Positions 1-10,223 are shown, counted from the first letter of the stretch. The stretch: DNA of 28,845 nt from Chlamydiia bacterium (GCA_049314435.1 JBMOFD010000016.1:1-28845), one strand, 5' to 3'. The notes: generated by a model from the sequence alone, not told the origin. Numbers and translations are program-made.

Positions 1-46
1 CCGAAAGATTTTAAGTCTTTTGTGTCTGCCATTCCACCATCCGAGC
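1..46 (-). tRNA. tRNA-Leu (anticodon TAA), 5' part; 3' end lies outside the window
   Basis: Reverse complement reads GCTCGGA-TG-GTGGAATGGCAGACAC-A-AAAGA-CTTAAAA-TCTTT-CGG: acceptor strand, Leu-type D-loop with GG, 5-bp anticodon stem, TAA anticodon at 11-13. Confidence 0.93.
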
Positions 47-50
47 ATAC

Positions 51-74
51 GATGGGCGGTAGAACCCGCCCATC
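51..74. other. 9-bp perfect hairpin between grgA stop and tRNA-Leu
   Basis: GATGGGCGG-TAGAAC-CCGCCCATC; no U-tract, so more likely a processing/stability element than a terminator. Confidence 0.55.
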
Positions 75-85
75 AAGGATGGTCC

Positions 86-829
86 TTACTGCGGTTGGTC
101 CTCGAAGGAATCTTCCGCAGCTTCCGCAAAGAATACCACGTCGCCTTCACCTTGCGAAGGGGTTGCTTTGGGAGCACGGCCTTCACGGTAGCGAGCGAGT
201 GTTTCTGAAATCAAAGCTGGTGGAGGAGGGATCATCGACTCAGGACGTCCACGGGCCTTAAGCGTTTGAGCCGCTTCTTGAACCTCTTGGATGTCGGTAT
301 CTGGCCCTGCACCTTCAGAGTCAGGCGCTCTGGATTCTTCAGGACGCTCTTCGCGATCTTGACGACCGCCACGACGACGACGACGACGCTTACGGCGATC
401 CCCTGAATCGGCTCCACCAGTGCTTTCTCCTGCTTCTTCGTCAGGCTCATCTTCCTGAGGAGCTGCAGCAGCGGCAGGGGGAGCTTTAGGAGCTCGATCA
501 CCGCGCTCTCTGTGCTCACGTTCCCTAGGAGCTTCCTTGGGTCCGCTCTCCTTGCCACCGGCGATCTTGATCACCCTATCGGCAGGCACAGCTTTGAGCA
601 TGGTGCGGGATTCTTTGGCTTCGAGGATCTCATAGTCTCCGACAGGGACCATGAAGATGCGAGGGCGTTCCAAGCTACGAAAGAAGAGAGCCTGACCGAA
701 GGACACCAGTTCGACTGCGTCGACTTGGAACTCCTCTTGGCCGGATATCTTACTGTTCTTGAGAACGAGTTTATGGCCATCCTTGGCTGCGATGACCGTC
801 TCTATGATAGGTTCACGGGTAAAATGCAC
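86..829 (-). CDS. grgA: Chlamydial transcription factor GrgA (CT504 family)
   Basis: N-terminus MHFTREPIIETVIAAKDGHKLVLKNSK...FFR...DYEILE...LKAV..DR.IKI.G matches my recollection of CT504; basic Arg patch and C-terminal IPPP..LIS motif; adjacent to gapA as in Chlamydia; GTG start. Confidence 0.85.
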   Translation of the reverse strand: MHFTREPIIETVIAAKDGHKLVLKNSKISGQEEFQVDAVELVSFGQALFFRSLERPRIFMVPVGDYEILEAKESRTMLKAVPADRVIKIAGGKESGPKEAPREREHRERGDRAPKAPPAAAAAPQEDEPDEEAGESTGGADSGDRRKRRRRRRGGRQDREERPEESRAPDSEGAGPDTDIQEVQEAAQTLKARGRPESMIPPPPALISETLARYREGRAPKATPSQGEGDVVFFAEAAEDSFEDQPQ

Positions 830-1033
830 GATCTTGTGTCCACAGGTTGCATCTGTGGGGGCCGCTCCTCTCCCTCCGACTCGAGGGGGGGAGAGAATAC
901 TATAGCGATCGCTGACGGCGCCCGAATTTAAGGCGCTCCGAACTCGAACGCCGCCTAACTGGCGGCCCCACAGGGGTGCGACTCACAAGGCAGCAACATG
1001 CCGGCCTCCGGGCAACACCCTGGTTAAAGTATC

Positions 1034-1062
1034 AGTCTAGCGCGTAGATCGATCTGCATCAA
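1034..1062 (-). promoter_or_regulatory. sigma66/sigma70-type promoter for grgA
   Basis: Minus strand TTGATG (1062-1057), 17-bp spacer, TAGACT (1039-1034); spacer contains palindrome AGATCGATCT (1046-1055). Confidence 0.6.
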
Positions 1063-1120
1063 GTCTTTCCGTACCAACCATGGGGAAATTTGATCTCCCC
1101 AAAACCAAGCAAAAGTCTCC

Positions 1121-2137
1121 TCAGGAGGCTTTTGCTCGATCAGCCACATACTGAGCCAGATCAAGCAGCCGAGCCGCATAGCCCATCTCATTGTCATACC
1201 AGGCGATGATCTTATAGAACTGTGGGTTCAGGGCGATCCCCGCCTCTACATCCACAATGGAACTTCTCGTATCCCCAATATAGTCGCTAGAAACCAAGAG
1301 CTCCCGGCTCACTCCAAGGATTCCCTTCATCGGACCCTGAGCAGCCGCTTCTAGAGCCTTCATGATCTCCTCATAGGAGGTGGCCCGTTCCGTCCTCACC
1401 GTGAGATCGACGGCCGACACATCCAGAGTCGGAATACGAAACGCCATGCCGGTCAGACGTCCCTTCAGCTCTGGGAGTACCAGGGTCACCGCCTTAGCCG
1501 CCCCTGTGCTTGCGGGGATGATGTTATACCCAGCGCTTCGCCCCCCTCGCCAGTCCTTCTTGCTAGGTCCATCCACAGTAGGCTGAGTCGCCGTGATCGA
1601 ATGAACCGTCGTCATCAACGCCTCCGCGATCCCGAAGGAGTCCTGGATCACCTTGGCTAAAGGAGCCAGGCAGTTGGTGGTGCAGCTGGCGTTGCTGATG
1701 ATGGTATCTCGTTTAGGATCAAACGACTTCTCATTGACACCCATCACAAAGGTGGGAACACCCTCTTTGGCAGGGGCACTGATGATCACATAGCGAGCAC
1801 CAGCATCGAGGTGGAGCTTCGATCCTTCTATCGAGGTAAAGAGCCCGGTGCACTCCAGCACCAGGTCCACCCCGAACTCTCTCCATGGGCATTTAGCAGC
1901 ATCGCGTTCACTGCTGACATGGATGCGCTTGTCTCCACAGACGATGTAGTTACCCTCGGCCTTCACAGGCTTCTCAAACCGACGATGCGCTGTATCATGC
2001 TCGAGTAGATAGGCCAGGTTATCGGCCGGGACCAGGTCGTTGATCGCTACGATCTCTACGGATGAGGCTGCCCCCATCAGGAACCGGCGCGTGACCAGTC
2101 GTCCAATCCTTCCAAATCCATTGATCGCGATCCGCAT
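1121..2137 (-). CDS. gapA: Glyceraldehyde-3-phosphate dehydrogenase type I
   Basis: MRIAINGFGRIGR, SNASCTTNCLAP, WYDNE motifs; start moved to ATG 2137 after SD GAGGTGAGG. Confidence 0.98.
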   Translation of the reverse strand: MRIAINGFGRIGRLVTRRFLMGAASSVEIVAINDLVPADNLAYLLEHDTAHRRFEKPVKAEGNYIVCGDKRIHVSSERDAAKCPWREFGVDLVLECTGLFTSIEGSKLHLDAGARYVIISAPAKEGVPTFVMGVNEKSFDPKRDTIISNASCTTNCLAPLAKVIQDSFGIAEALMTTVHSITATQPTVDGPSKKDWRGGRSAGYNIIPASTGAAKAVTLVLPELKGRLTGMAFRIPTLDVSAVDLTVRTERATSYEEIMKALEAAAQGPMKGILGVSRELLVSSDYIGDTRSSIVDVEAGIALNPQFYKIIAWYDNEMGYAARLLDLAQYVADRAKAS

Positions 2138-2195
2138 AGCGTCTACCTCACCTCTTGGTCCACTGTAGCAAAAGTCACGGTAGTGGGAAATGTAC

Positions 2196-2233
2196 AAAGA
2201 GAAAGGGCCCACTCCCGTAAGGAATGAGCCCTT
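2196..2233 (-). terminator. Intrinsic terminator ending the ribosomal superoperon
   Basis: Minus strand AAGGGCTCATTCC-TTACG-GGAGTGGGCCCTT stem (with G-U pairs) followed by TCTCTTT, just downstream of rplQ. Confidence 0.7.
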
Positions 2234-2271
2234 CAACTGTCGTTCAAACGAGGACTGATGCCCCTGACCTA

Positions 2272-2718
2272 CTAAGCTTGCGTAGCCACTGGCTCGTTTA
2301 GAAACTCAACGATGCAAAGCTGAGCATTATCGCCCACGCGCACTTCCGCCTTCGTCAATCGAGTGTAGCCGCCTGCGCGTCCTACGAACCGATCCTTGAG
2401 AGGGCCGAAGAGCTTCTGGACTACCTTACGGTCGCCGTTGTAGCTCTCTGTGTTGCCTGCTCGAGCCTCGCGCTGCTCTTTTGGAGTCAGCGGATTGAAT
2501 CGAATCATCAACTCAGCAATGGCACGACGACGAGCTGACAACGTCCCCAGTTTCGCCAATGTGATCATGTGATCAGCATAGCGGCGGAGCTCCTTGGCTT
2601 TCACCTCGGTCGTCGTGATGCGCTCATGCTCGATCAGTGACTTCACCATGTTCGCCAGCATGCAGCGTCGGTGTGACACCGTCCGGCTACAGTGAAATTT
2701 ATGGTTACGGTGTCTCAT
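2272..2718 (-). CDS. rplQ: 50S ribosomal protein L17
   Basis: MRHR...[41 protein letters not shown]; start at ATG 2718. Confidence 0.97.
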   Translation of the reverse strand: MRHRNHKFHCSRTVSHRRCMLANMVKSLIEHERITTTEVKAKELRRYADHMITLAKLGTLSARRRAIAELMIRFNPLTPKEQREARAGNTESYNGDRKVVQKLFGPLKDRFVGRAGGYTRLTKAEVRVGDNAQLCIVEFLNEPVATQA

Positions 2719-2913
2719 ACCATGCCCGTGGCCGCCCAAAACAGGCTCTTGCCACGCTCCCTTATTTCATCACGTTGACGCGTCAGGAACCTCTTACCTC
2801 GCAGAGGAAGAAGTCGCGCGCTCTATCAAATTAGCTCTAAGTAGGGCCCTACGGCCCCGTGGGATTGCTCCCTCTCGGTGGTTGCCCACCGGTAACAGAA
2901 CGGGGGAGAGCGA

Positions 2914-4062
2914 CTATTCCTCGCTCTCAACTCCCGGCTCATCAAACTCGCCATCTTCGTACTCAAGAGCTTCTTCCGCCGCTGCCTGCTCACCCAATAG
3001 GTTCGCCATCACGGTCTTCGCATTCTCTCGTGTAATCCCGAAGCGATTCAAGTCCATGCCCAAGCCCAGGCCCATCTCATGAAGACGAGCTTTGATCTCA
3101 TTCAGCGACTTCTTACCGAAATTCTTAAACTTCAACAGGTCAGGTTCAGACATGACCACTAGCTCACCAATCGTGCTGATGTCCGCCCCAGCCAAGCAAT
3201 TAGCTGAACGAACGCTCAGTTCGATCTCTGTGATCCGGAGAGCCAACTTCGCCATAAACGCATCACGATCGCTATCTTCAATCACAACGCCGGCCTCAAA
3301 AGCCAACTGCTGAGTCTGAAGACGCTCGAAAATGTCTAGGTGCAGCACGCCAATCTGGCTTGCAAACCCAAGTGCCTCTTGTGGAGTCACACGACCATCG
3401 GTCGTCACTTCCAGGATCAAACGATCCAAGTCCGTGTCTTGACCGACTCGAGTCGCTTCAATCAGGTAGTTGACCAAGCGAACAGGGCTGAATGCCGCGT
3501 CCACAATGATCTCGTCCACCATGCGATCCTTCAGCACTGTCCGCTCACTAGGCACATAACCACGACCTGCAGTAACCCGTAGATCGACGCGACGTACCAT
3601 CGGCTTTGTTGCTGTAAAAATGCGCAAGTCTGGATTGACCGCTTCAAAATCACCCATGCCGATCAGGTCACCCAACGTCACAACACACTGACCACCGGAC
3701 TTATCCAGCATTTCAGGTGTGATGTCGATCATCTTCGAGAGAAGCTTAATCTCACGAGGATGTTCTTGGTCGGATGGCTCTGTCACTCGTCGTAACAGGG
3801 CTCCCTTCAGATTCAAGATGATGTCAGTGACATCCTCTACAATCCCATCCACCGCCATAAACTCATGAGGAACGCCCTCAATGCGGCAGCTCACAATGGC
3901 CGGAGCCTCGAGGCTCGACAACATGATGCGCCGCAGAGCATTGCCTAACGTGTGCCCAAAGCCACGCTCGAACGGCTCCACCACGAAACGGGCGAAGGTT
4001 GGGGATGCCTCCTCGACGCGAATCGAGCTGGGCATCTCAAATTTGCCATATTTTTGGGCCAT
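2914..4062 (-). CDS. rpoA: RNA polymerase alpha subunit
   Basis: EPFERGFGHTLGNALRRIMLSS, GRGYVP, ELSVRSANCL, NFGKKSLNEI. Confidence 0.99.
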   Translation of the reverse strand: MAQKYGKFEMPSSIRVEEASPTFARFVVEPFERGFGHTLGNALRRIMLSSLEAPAIVSCRIEGVPHEFMAVDGIVEDVTDIILNLKGALLRRVTEPSDQEHPREIKLLSKMIDITPEMLDKSGGQCVVTLGDLIGMGDFEAVNPDLRIFTATKPMVRRVDLRVTAGRGYVPSERTVLKDRMVDEIIVDAAFSPVRLVNYLIEATRVGQDTDLDRLILEVTTDGRVTPQEALGFASQIGVLHLDIFERLQTQQLAFEAGVVIEDSDRDAFMAKLALRITEIELSVRSANCLAGADISTIGELVVMSEPDLLKFKNFGKKSLNEIKARLHEMGLGLGMDLNRFGITRENAKTVMANLLGEQAAAEEALEYEDGEFDEPGVESEE

Positions 4063-4094
4063 ATCCCACCCTTTCTCCTGTCCTTTGCCTCTAA

Positions 4095-4511
4095 TTACAT
4101 TCGTCGACGTTTACGAGGACGGCACCCGTTGTGGGGCACTGGCGTCACATCGCGAATGATCGTCACACCAAGGCCCGCTGAGATGAGTCCTCGTACCGCA
4201 GACTCACGTCCCGCACCAGGGCCCTTCAGATTGACTTCGATCTCACGCACGCCGTAGCTTGACGCAGCTCCGCGGGCGGCATCTTGTGCTGCTTGCGTCG
4301 CCGCAAACGCAGATGATTTACGAGAACCGCTAAAGTTCACCTTCCCAGCACTACTCCATGTCAACACCTGACCCGTTGGGTCGGTGATGCTGACGAGCGT
4401 GTTGTTGAAGGTCGCTTTCACATGCGCAACCGCTTGCGGCACGGTGCGTTGCTGGCGCTTCTTCGTGCGAGTTCCAGCTCGCTTCGTTTTCTGTGCATCG
4501 GTCGTGGACAA
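4095..4511 (-). CDS. rpsK: 30S ribosomal protein S11
   Basis: [30 protein letters not shown] start. Confidence 0.98.
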   Translation of the reverse strand: MSTTDAQKTKRAGTRTKKRQQRTVPQAVAHVKATFNNTLVSITDPTGQVLTWSSAGKVNFSGSRKSSAFAATQAAQDAARGAASSYGVREIEVNLKGPGAGRESAVRGLISAGLGVTIIRDVTPVPHNGCRPRKRRRM

Positions 4512-4547
4512 GACTCTACTCCTTACTTCCCGCTCAAGCCGCTAGGC

Positions 4548-4916
4548 CTATTTTTTCTTGTTCGCCACGGTCTTGCGCTTCCCCTTACGGGTCCGGCAAT
4601 TCGTGCGTGTCCGCTGCCCGCGCACTGGCAACCCGAGGCGATGACGTAGCCCCCGATAGCTGTGAATCGACTGCAGTCGTTTAATATTATTTTGGATCTG
4701 ACGTCTCAGGTCACCTTCCACCACATACTCCGCTTGGAGCAGTTGGTTGAGCTTAGCGACTTCATCTTCCGTCAGCTGGGCAGCCCGCTTATTAGGATCG
4801 AGGCCTAAGCGCTCGATCACTTCGGTGGCCCTTGCGGGGCCAACCCCGAAAATATAACGCAGGCTGATCTCCAGACGCTTGGCGTCCGGAATATCGATGC
4901 CAATAATCCTAGGCAT
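4548..4916 (-). CDS. rpsM: 30S ribosomal protein S13
   Basis: [30 protein letters not shown]. Confidence 0.98.
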   Translation of the reverse strand: MPRIIGIDIPDAKRLEISLRYIFGVGPARATEVIERLGLDPNKRAAQLTEDEVAKLNQLLQAEYVVEGDLRRQIQNNIKRLQSIHSYRGLRHRLGLPVRGQRTRTNCRTRKGKRKTVANKKK

Positions 4917-5089
4917 TCTCGTCTACCTCTCCCACCGGGGACCTTCCCCAAGCCACCGGCGAATCTATGTTTGCCTCTACTTAGGTGCGCTCCGGCGGCT
5001 TCCACCCTTAAGGCGAAATCCGCAACTCATCGCACCACTCAGCGAGCAGCCCGCCGAGTTTACCATGCACCTTGTTTGCCGCCAACGCC

Positions 5090-6460
5090 TTAGCGCAGAC
5101 GGGCCGAACTACGCATAAAACCGTCATACCGCTGCATCACAAGATGACCCTCGATCTGCTTCATGGTATCAAGGACAACCCCAACCATGATCAGTAGACT
5201 CGTCCCACCAAAGAACTGACTAATGGTGGGGTCAACCCCAAGAATCTTGGACACAAGGGTCGGTAAAACGGCCACTACCGCCAACGCAATCGCCCCAATG
5301 AACGTCACACGACTCATCGTGCCATCCAGGTACTGCTCCGTCGGCTGCCCTTGCCTTACCCCTGGAATGAACGCTCCATTCTTCTTCATCTCCGATGCGA
5401 TCTGCTCGGGATGGAACGAAATGCCCGTCCAAAAGTAAGTAAAAAATAAAATGAATAGCACGAAAATCGTGGTGTAGACCCAGCTGCCTGGGCTTAACCA
5501 ACCAGCCATCGAGCTCACCCATCCACCCTGTCCAGCCAGGCCTGCTATGGTCGCAGGCACCATCAAAAACGTACTTGCCATGATGACCGGGATCACACCC
5601 GCATAGTTGACCTTAAGAGGAATGTAGGAGGCTCCGCCTGCGGACCCCTCATTTTTACCCACCACACGGCGAGCATATTGGAGGGCGATCTTGCGCTGTC
5701 CCTGAATGATCAGGACAGCCGCCACGATGATGCCCACGAACACGCCGCAGAGGACGAGCATGCTGCTGAAGGTTAGCTCACCGATCTCTTGGCTATCGAG
5801 GTTGAGCTGCTTCAACATGCTGCCGAAGGTCGTTGGCAGAGAGGACACAATCCCCAGGCCAATGATCAGGCTAATGCCGTTGCCGATCCCGCGCTCTGTG
5901 ATCTGCTCTCCGATCCACATGAGGACCATCGTCCCACCTGTCATACAGATGGCGGTGGTCAGATAGAAGAGCCATGGGGTCCCCATCCACTCTACCTTTA
6001 GCATCGCATCGAAAATGATCCCGGGTCGAGTCTGATTGAACCCAATAACGTAGCGAGCCAGCCAGAAGGACTGGAATAGAGCGAGACCGACGGTGCAATA
6101 GCGCGTCAAACGAGTCTGCTTACGGCGACCGGCCTCAGGGTTCTCCTTCATCTCTCTCTGCAATCCAGGAAAGACGATCTTGGACATCTCCAACATAATA
6201 GATGAGGTGATGTACGGCATCACACCCAAGGCAAAAATCGTCATCTGGGCAAAGGCGCCACCGCTGAAAATATCCACCAATTGGAAAATGTTCTGTCCAC
6301 CCCCTGTGGCATAACGAAGGAAAGTCAGAGCTGCTTCAGAATTGATCCCAGGGACTGGAATGAAAGTGCCGATACGGCAGGCTCCTAAGCAGAGGAGCGT
6401 GAAAAGAATACGTTTTTTGAGCTCTGGCACATCCCAGATGCGCCTCATCAGGTCGAACAT
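5090..6460 (-). CDS. secY: Preprotein translocase subunit SecY
   Basis: FSGGA, FALGVMPYITSSI, WIGEQITERGIGNGISLII, IPGVRQG, GGTSLLIMVGV. Confidence 0.99.
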   Translation of the reverse strand: MFDLMRRIWDVPELKKRILFTLLCLGACRIGTFIPVPGINSEAALTFLRYATGGGQNIFQLVDIFSGGAFAQMTIFALGVMPYITSSIMLEMSKIVFPGLQREMKENPEAGRRKQTRLTRYCTVGLALFQSFWLARYVIGFNQTRPGIIFDAMLKVEWMGTPWLFYLTTAICMTGGTMVLMWIGEQITERGIGNGISLIIGLGIVSSLPTTFGSMLKQLNLDSQEIGELTFSSMLVLCGVFVGIIVAAVLIIQGQRKIALQYARRVVGKNEGSAGGASYIPLKVNYAGVIPVIMASTFLMVPATIAGLAGQGGWVSSMAGWLSPGSWVYTTIFVLFILFFTYFWTGISFHPEQIASEMKKNGAFIPGVRQGQPTEQYLDGTMSRVTFIGAIALAVVAVLPTLVSKILGVDPTISQFFGGTSLLIMVGVVLDTMKQIEGHLVMQRYDGFMRSSARLR

Positions 6461-6562
6461 GCAGTCTCACAAGGGTAGGATCTGATCAACTGGGAAAATC
6501 CCCCAGCGTCCGTGAGCGGGGCGCCTGCAGCTATGCCGCTGCGCCCCAGGCCCTCGGTACAA

Positions 6563-7024
6563 CTAGTTCATCACCGTGACGGCAATGCCAGCTTGGGAAA
6601 GCTTCTCAATAGCTCCCGCGCTCACTGATTGCGCTTCCACAATCACTTTCTTCGTGCAGACACCTTTACCGAGGACTTTCAGACCCTCTGTGTTGGCACC
6701 ACGGATGATCCCTCGCTCGCGCAGAGTGATTTCGCTCACCACATCACCATCCTGGAACATCTCATGGATGCGATCCAGGTTCAGAATGAAGAGAGGCTTG
6801 TCCTGGAACTGCACGTTGCTAAAGCCACGCTTCGGCAACTTACGGTACAAGGGCATCTGCCCACCTTCCCGACCGGCATAAACACGGTATCCAGATCTAG
6901 AACCGTAGCCCTTTTGGCCACGAGTCGAAGTCTTACCCCGTCCGCTGCCAACCCCACGCCCTACACGCTGCACGCGTTTACGTACGCGGCTTGTGTCTTC
7001 TAACTCATGTAGTACATTCATCAT
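6563..7024 (-). CDS. rplO: 50S ribosomal protein L15
   Basis: RVGRGVGSGRGKTSTRGQKG, EGGQMPLYRKLPKRGF; start 7024 or 7021. Confidence 0.97.
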   Translation of the reverse strand: MMNVLHELEDTSRVRKRVQRVGRGVGSGRGKTSTRGQKGYGSRSGYRVYAGREGGQMPLYRKLPKRGFSNVQFQDKPLFILNLDRIHEMFQDGDVVSEITLRERGIIRGANTEGLKVLGKGVCTKKVIVEAQSVSAGAIEKLSQAGIAVTVMN

Positions 7025-7533
7025 GAGGCCACCTGCTGCCGTGCCCGGCGATTCATATATGCTTCGCGACTGCTTAAACGCTGCAACCCTTCAAAGATGG
7101 CGCGCACTTGGTTCACCGGAGTACTCGACCCGATCAACTTCGCAACCACATCCTTCACTCCTGCCAGCTCAAGCACTGATCGCACTTTGCTGCCAGCAAT
7201 CAAACCCGTACCTGGACGAGCAGGACGCATCATCAGCACGCTACCATCCCACTTGGAGACGATTTCGTGAGGTATGGTTCCCTCATCAAGGACAACCTTG
7301 ATCAAATTCTTACGGGCAGCCTCTGTACCCTTACGGATCGCATCGGATACTTCGTTCGCCTTAGCGAATCCATATCCCACTTGCCCACGGCAATCCCCAA
7401 CGAGGATCAGAGCGGAAAAACTGAATTTCCGACCGCCCTTCACGACCTTGGAGGTCCGGTTGATATAGAGGACCTTCTCCTCGAAACCGTCAGAAGGAGA
7501 CTCCTCACGGCGCTTGTCATTATACTTAGCCAT
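7021..7533 (-). CDS. rpsE: 30S ribosomal protein S5
   Basis: INRTSKVVKGGRKFSFSAL, ARPGTGLIAG. Confidence 0.98.
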   Translation of the reverse strand: MAKYNDKRREESPSDGFEEKVLYINRTSKVVKGGRKFSFSALILVGDCRGQVGYGFAKANEVSDAIRKGTEAARKNLIKVVLDEGTIPHEIVSKWDGSVLMMRPARPGTGLIAGSKVRSVLELAGVKDVVAKLIGSSTPVNQVRAIFEGLQRLSSREAYMNRRARQQVAS

Positions 7534-7550
7534 CGCCCATCACCCCTTAC

Positions 7551-7922
7551 TTAGAACCGCAGTCCACCTTCACGGGCGGCATCGGCTAAAGAAGCGATGA
7601 CACCATGATATTTACTCGCCCCACGGTCAAAAACGACCTCTTGGATGCCTTTCTCCTGCGCAATACGCGCAATCACCTTACCCAGTTCAGTCGCAGCAGT
7701 CTTGTTCGAACGTCCGAACGGACCACCACGAAACTCCTTCGAGAAGGTCGTGACTGAACCCAGTGTATAGCCCTGCAGATCATCGATCAGCTGAACTTGA
7801 ATGTGAGCATTCGTCTTCACCACACACAAACGGGGGCATTCTGCCGTCCCGCGGAGGCGCTTTCGCACGCGCAAAGCACGCTTCAGACGAGTCTCTCGTT
7901 TTTTTCTGAGACTACTTTCCAT
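7551..7922 (-). CDS. rplR: 50S ribosomal protein L18
   Basis: PRLCVVKTNAHIQVQLIDD, VFDRG..KYHG...ADAAREGGL. Confidence 0.97.
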   Translation of the reverse strand: MESSLRKKRETRLKRALRVRKRLRGTAECPRLCVVKTNAHIQVQLIDDLQGYTLGSVTTFSKEFRGGPFGRSNKTAATELGKVIARIAQEKGIQEVVFDRGASKYHGVIASLADAAREGGLRF

Positions 7923-7943
7923 GATCTATATCCCTAGCGCGCC

Positions 7944-8507
7944 TTACTTGCCCTTGCCGGACTTCCCGGACTTGCCTTCCTTCTTACGCACGAACTCGCC
8001 TTCATAGCGAACGCCCTTGCCCTTGTAAGGCTCTGGCTTTCTCTGCTGACGAAGAAGTGCGGCAAACTGACCCACCATCTGACGGTCAGAACCGTTCACC
8101 GTGATCGACGTGCTCGTCTTATCTACGGCTACCGTAATCCCAGCGGGGATAGGCAGAATGACGGGATGACTGTACCCCAACTGCATCTCAACTCGCTGGC
8201 CCACGACGTTAGCGCGGTAACCCACCCCGATCAGCTGCAGCTTCTTTTCCCATCCCGCAGTCACACCCGTGACCATGTTCTGGATCAGAGCCCTGTAGAG
8301 ACCGTGAAAGGCACCTACGTTGACCGCTTGATCATCCACACTAGCTGCCTTCACTTGCAGCTCTTGCTCTGCCTGATGGATATCAATGAAATCCATCACC
8401 TGCAATTCCAGGTTGCCCTTAGGGCCCTTCACCTGGATGCGATTTCCCTGCTTGCTGACGGCAACGCCGCTAGGCACGGAGATCGGCTTATTTCCGCATC
8501 TCGACAT
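7944..8507 (-). CDS. rplF: 50S ribosomal protein L6
   Basis: MSRCGNKPI, GVGYRA, LGYSHP, PEPYKGKGVRY; start moved to ATG 8507. Confidence 0.97.
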   Translation of the reverse strand: MSRCGNKPISVPSGVAVSKQGNRIQVKGPKGNLELQVMDFIDIHQAEQELQVKAASVDDQAVNVGAFHGLYRALIQNMVTGVTAGWEKKLQLIGVGYRANVVGQRVEMQLGYSHPVILPIPAGITVAVDKTSTSITVNGSDRQMVGQFAALLRQQRKPEPYKGKGVRYEGEFVRKKEGKSGKSGKGK

Positions 8508-8526
8508 AACTCTTTGCTCCCGCCAA

Positions 8527-8928
8527 CTACCAAACTTTACAGAGAAGCTCACCACCAAGGCGCTCCGCAACAGCGCGCTGCCCGGTCATGATGCCTTTTG
8601 GTGTGCTCAAAATCGCTATACCCATACGGCCCAGTACACTAGGGATCTCACGAACCCCAACATAAATCCGGCGCCCAGGTGTGCTTACACGCTGCAACCC
8701 ACGAATCACACTGCGACGTCCTGCCCCATATCTGAGGTGAACGCGAATCACGGTAGCAACACCTTCATCGCGAACGAGGAAGCTGTCAATGAAGCCCACA
8801 TCTCGCAGCACTTCTAAAAGCGCCACTTTAAGTCGGCTACCGCGTACATCGACAAAGCGATGTTGTGCGTTCGTAGCATTGCGAATGCAGGTCAACAGAT
8901 CTGCAATTGGATCACTTACGACTGCCAT
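8527..8928 (-). CDS. rpsH: 30S ribosomal protein S8
   Basis: DPIADLLTCIRNA, STPGRRIY, GGELLCKVW. Confidence 0.97.
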   Translation of the reverse strand: MAVVSDPIADLLTCIRNATNAQHRFVDVRGSRLKVALLEVLRDVGFIDSFLVRDEGVATVIRVHLRYGAGRRSVIRGLQRVSTPGRRIYVGVREIPSVLGRMGIAILSTPKGIMTGQRAVAERLGGELLCKVW

Positions 8929-8942
8929 ATCCAGATCTCCTT

Positions 8943-9485
8943 TTAACCTTCAGCCTTGAACGGAAGACCGAGCTGAGCCAACAGCTCTAGACCTTCATCA
9001 TCCGTACCAGCATTCGTCACAAACGTGATGTTCATCCCTTGCTGGCGCTTAACGCCATCCAAGTTCACTTCGGGGAAGATCTGCTGGTCATTCACGCCTA
9101 AGCTGTAGCACCCACGACCATCTCCCTTCCTCTTGAATCCGCGAAAGTCGCGAATTCGAGGGGATACGATGTTGAAGAAACGATCGGCGAAGTCCCACAT
9201 GCGCACACCGCGCAGTGTCACCATTAACCCAACGACCTGCCCTTCACGTAATTTGAAGTTGCTGATCGCCGTTTTCGCCTTCATTCTTATTGGAAGCTGC
9301 CCCGTGAGAGCGGTTAGCTCCTTCACGTGGTCTTCAATGGCGTTCTTGTCCTTCGCTGCCTCAGCGACACCCATACTCACCACAATCTTCTTGAGACCGG
9401 GAATGAGCATCGGGTTCGCGTACCCAAATTTCTCCTGCAGAGCCGCTTTGACCTGTTGGAGATAGCGTTGCTTCAATCTTGACAT
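8943..9485 (-). CDS. rplE: 50S ribosomal protein L5
   Basis: [30 protein letters not shown]. Confidence 0.98.
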   Translation of the reverse strand: MSRLKQRYLQQVKAALQEKFGYANPMLIPGLKKIVVSMGVAEAAKDKNAIEDHVKELTALTGQLPIRMKAKTAISNFKLREGQVVGLMVTLRGVRMWDFADRFFNIVSPRIRDFRGFKRKGDGRGCYSLGVNDQQIFPEVNLDGVKRQQGMNITFVTNAGTDDEGLELLAQLGLPFKAEG

Positions 9486-9496
9486 CCTGCCTCTCC

Positions 9497-9844
9497 CTAG
9501 CCCTGCACCGTTGCCTGCGCTTTACGCAGAACACGCCACAGAATCTCCTGTCCATTCGCGACATTCACCAACGAACGGCTGCCATCTTCTCCCACAGAAA
9601 CGCGGAGCTGCACAGCCTGACCGTCTGCACCTACTAACTGAACGTTGCTCACATGCAGAGGAGCTTCAAACTCCACGCGCTGTCCTGCCACGCCCTCGCT
9701 ACGAGGTTTCATGTGCCGAATGCGCTTGTTCACACCCTTAATGACCACTCGATCACCACGGAGCGTGACCACTTCGCCACTCTGCCCTTTACTGTTTCCA
9801 GCGATCACCTTGACTAGATCGCCTTTGCGAATCCACTGACTCAT
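9497..9844 (-). CDS. rplX: 50S ribosomal protein L24
   Basis: [23 protein letters not shown]; start moved to ATG 9844. Confidence 0.95.
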   Translation of the reverse strand: MSQWIRKGDLVKVIAGNSKGQSGEVVTLRGDRVVIKGVNKRIRHMKPRSEGVAGQRVEFEAPLHVSNVQLVGADGQAVQLRVSVGEDGSRSLVNVANGQEILWRVLRKAQATVQG

Positions 9845-9854
9845 CTCGCTGCTC

Positions 9855-10223
9855 CTAAACCACGGCCTGGGCAAGCGAACAGATCTTCGCATAACCAGCA
9901 TCACGAACCTCACGCGCCACAGGTCCAAAGACCCTGGTCCCACGCGGATTCCCCTTTTCGTCAATCAGCACACAGCTGTTTGTATCGAATGAGAGAAAGC
10001 TACCATCGGAGCGTCGCTTGCTCTTGCGCTGACGAACGACTACGAAACGTACCACTTCACCCTTCTTCACTGAGCCTTCAGGTAGAGCCTTCTGCACGGA
10101 ACCGACACCTTTGTCGCCCACACGCAGATAACGGCTTCCAGAACCCTTCAGCACTCGAAAACATTTTACGACCTTCGCTCCGGTATTGTCGGCCACGATA
10201 AGATCGGTCTCTTCTTGGATCAT
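9855..10223 (-). CDS. rplN: 50S ribosomal protein L14
   Basis: MIQ..T.L.VADNTGAK, PRGTRVFGPVAREVR. Confidence 0.97.
   Translation of the reverse strand: MIQEETDLIVADNTGAKVVKCFRVLKGSGSRYLRVGDKGVGSVQKALPEGSVKKGEVVRFVVVRQRKSKRRSDGSFLSFDTNSCVLIDEKGNPRGTRVFGPVAREVRDAGYAKICSLAQAVV

Noticed and set aside
371..388. (ACG)6 microsatellite as a contingency locus
   Set aside because: In-frame CGT codons encoding the poly-Arg basic patch of GrgA; slippage would not shift the frame
900..1020. tRNA, SRP RNA or 6S RNA in the grgA-gapA spacer (contains GTTCGAGT on the minus strand)
   Set aside because: No cloverleaf, no SRP CAGG-GNAA-AGCAG helix, and no clear end-to-end 6S rod; kept only as an unassigned structured leader
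4917..5089. secY-rpsM spacer as a hidden rpmJ (L36) gene
   Set aside because: The short minus-strand ORF (MVNSAGCSLSGAMSCGFRLKGGSRRSAPK) has no L36 motif; the spacer is more likely an ordinary leader
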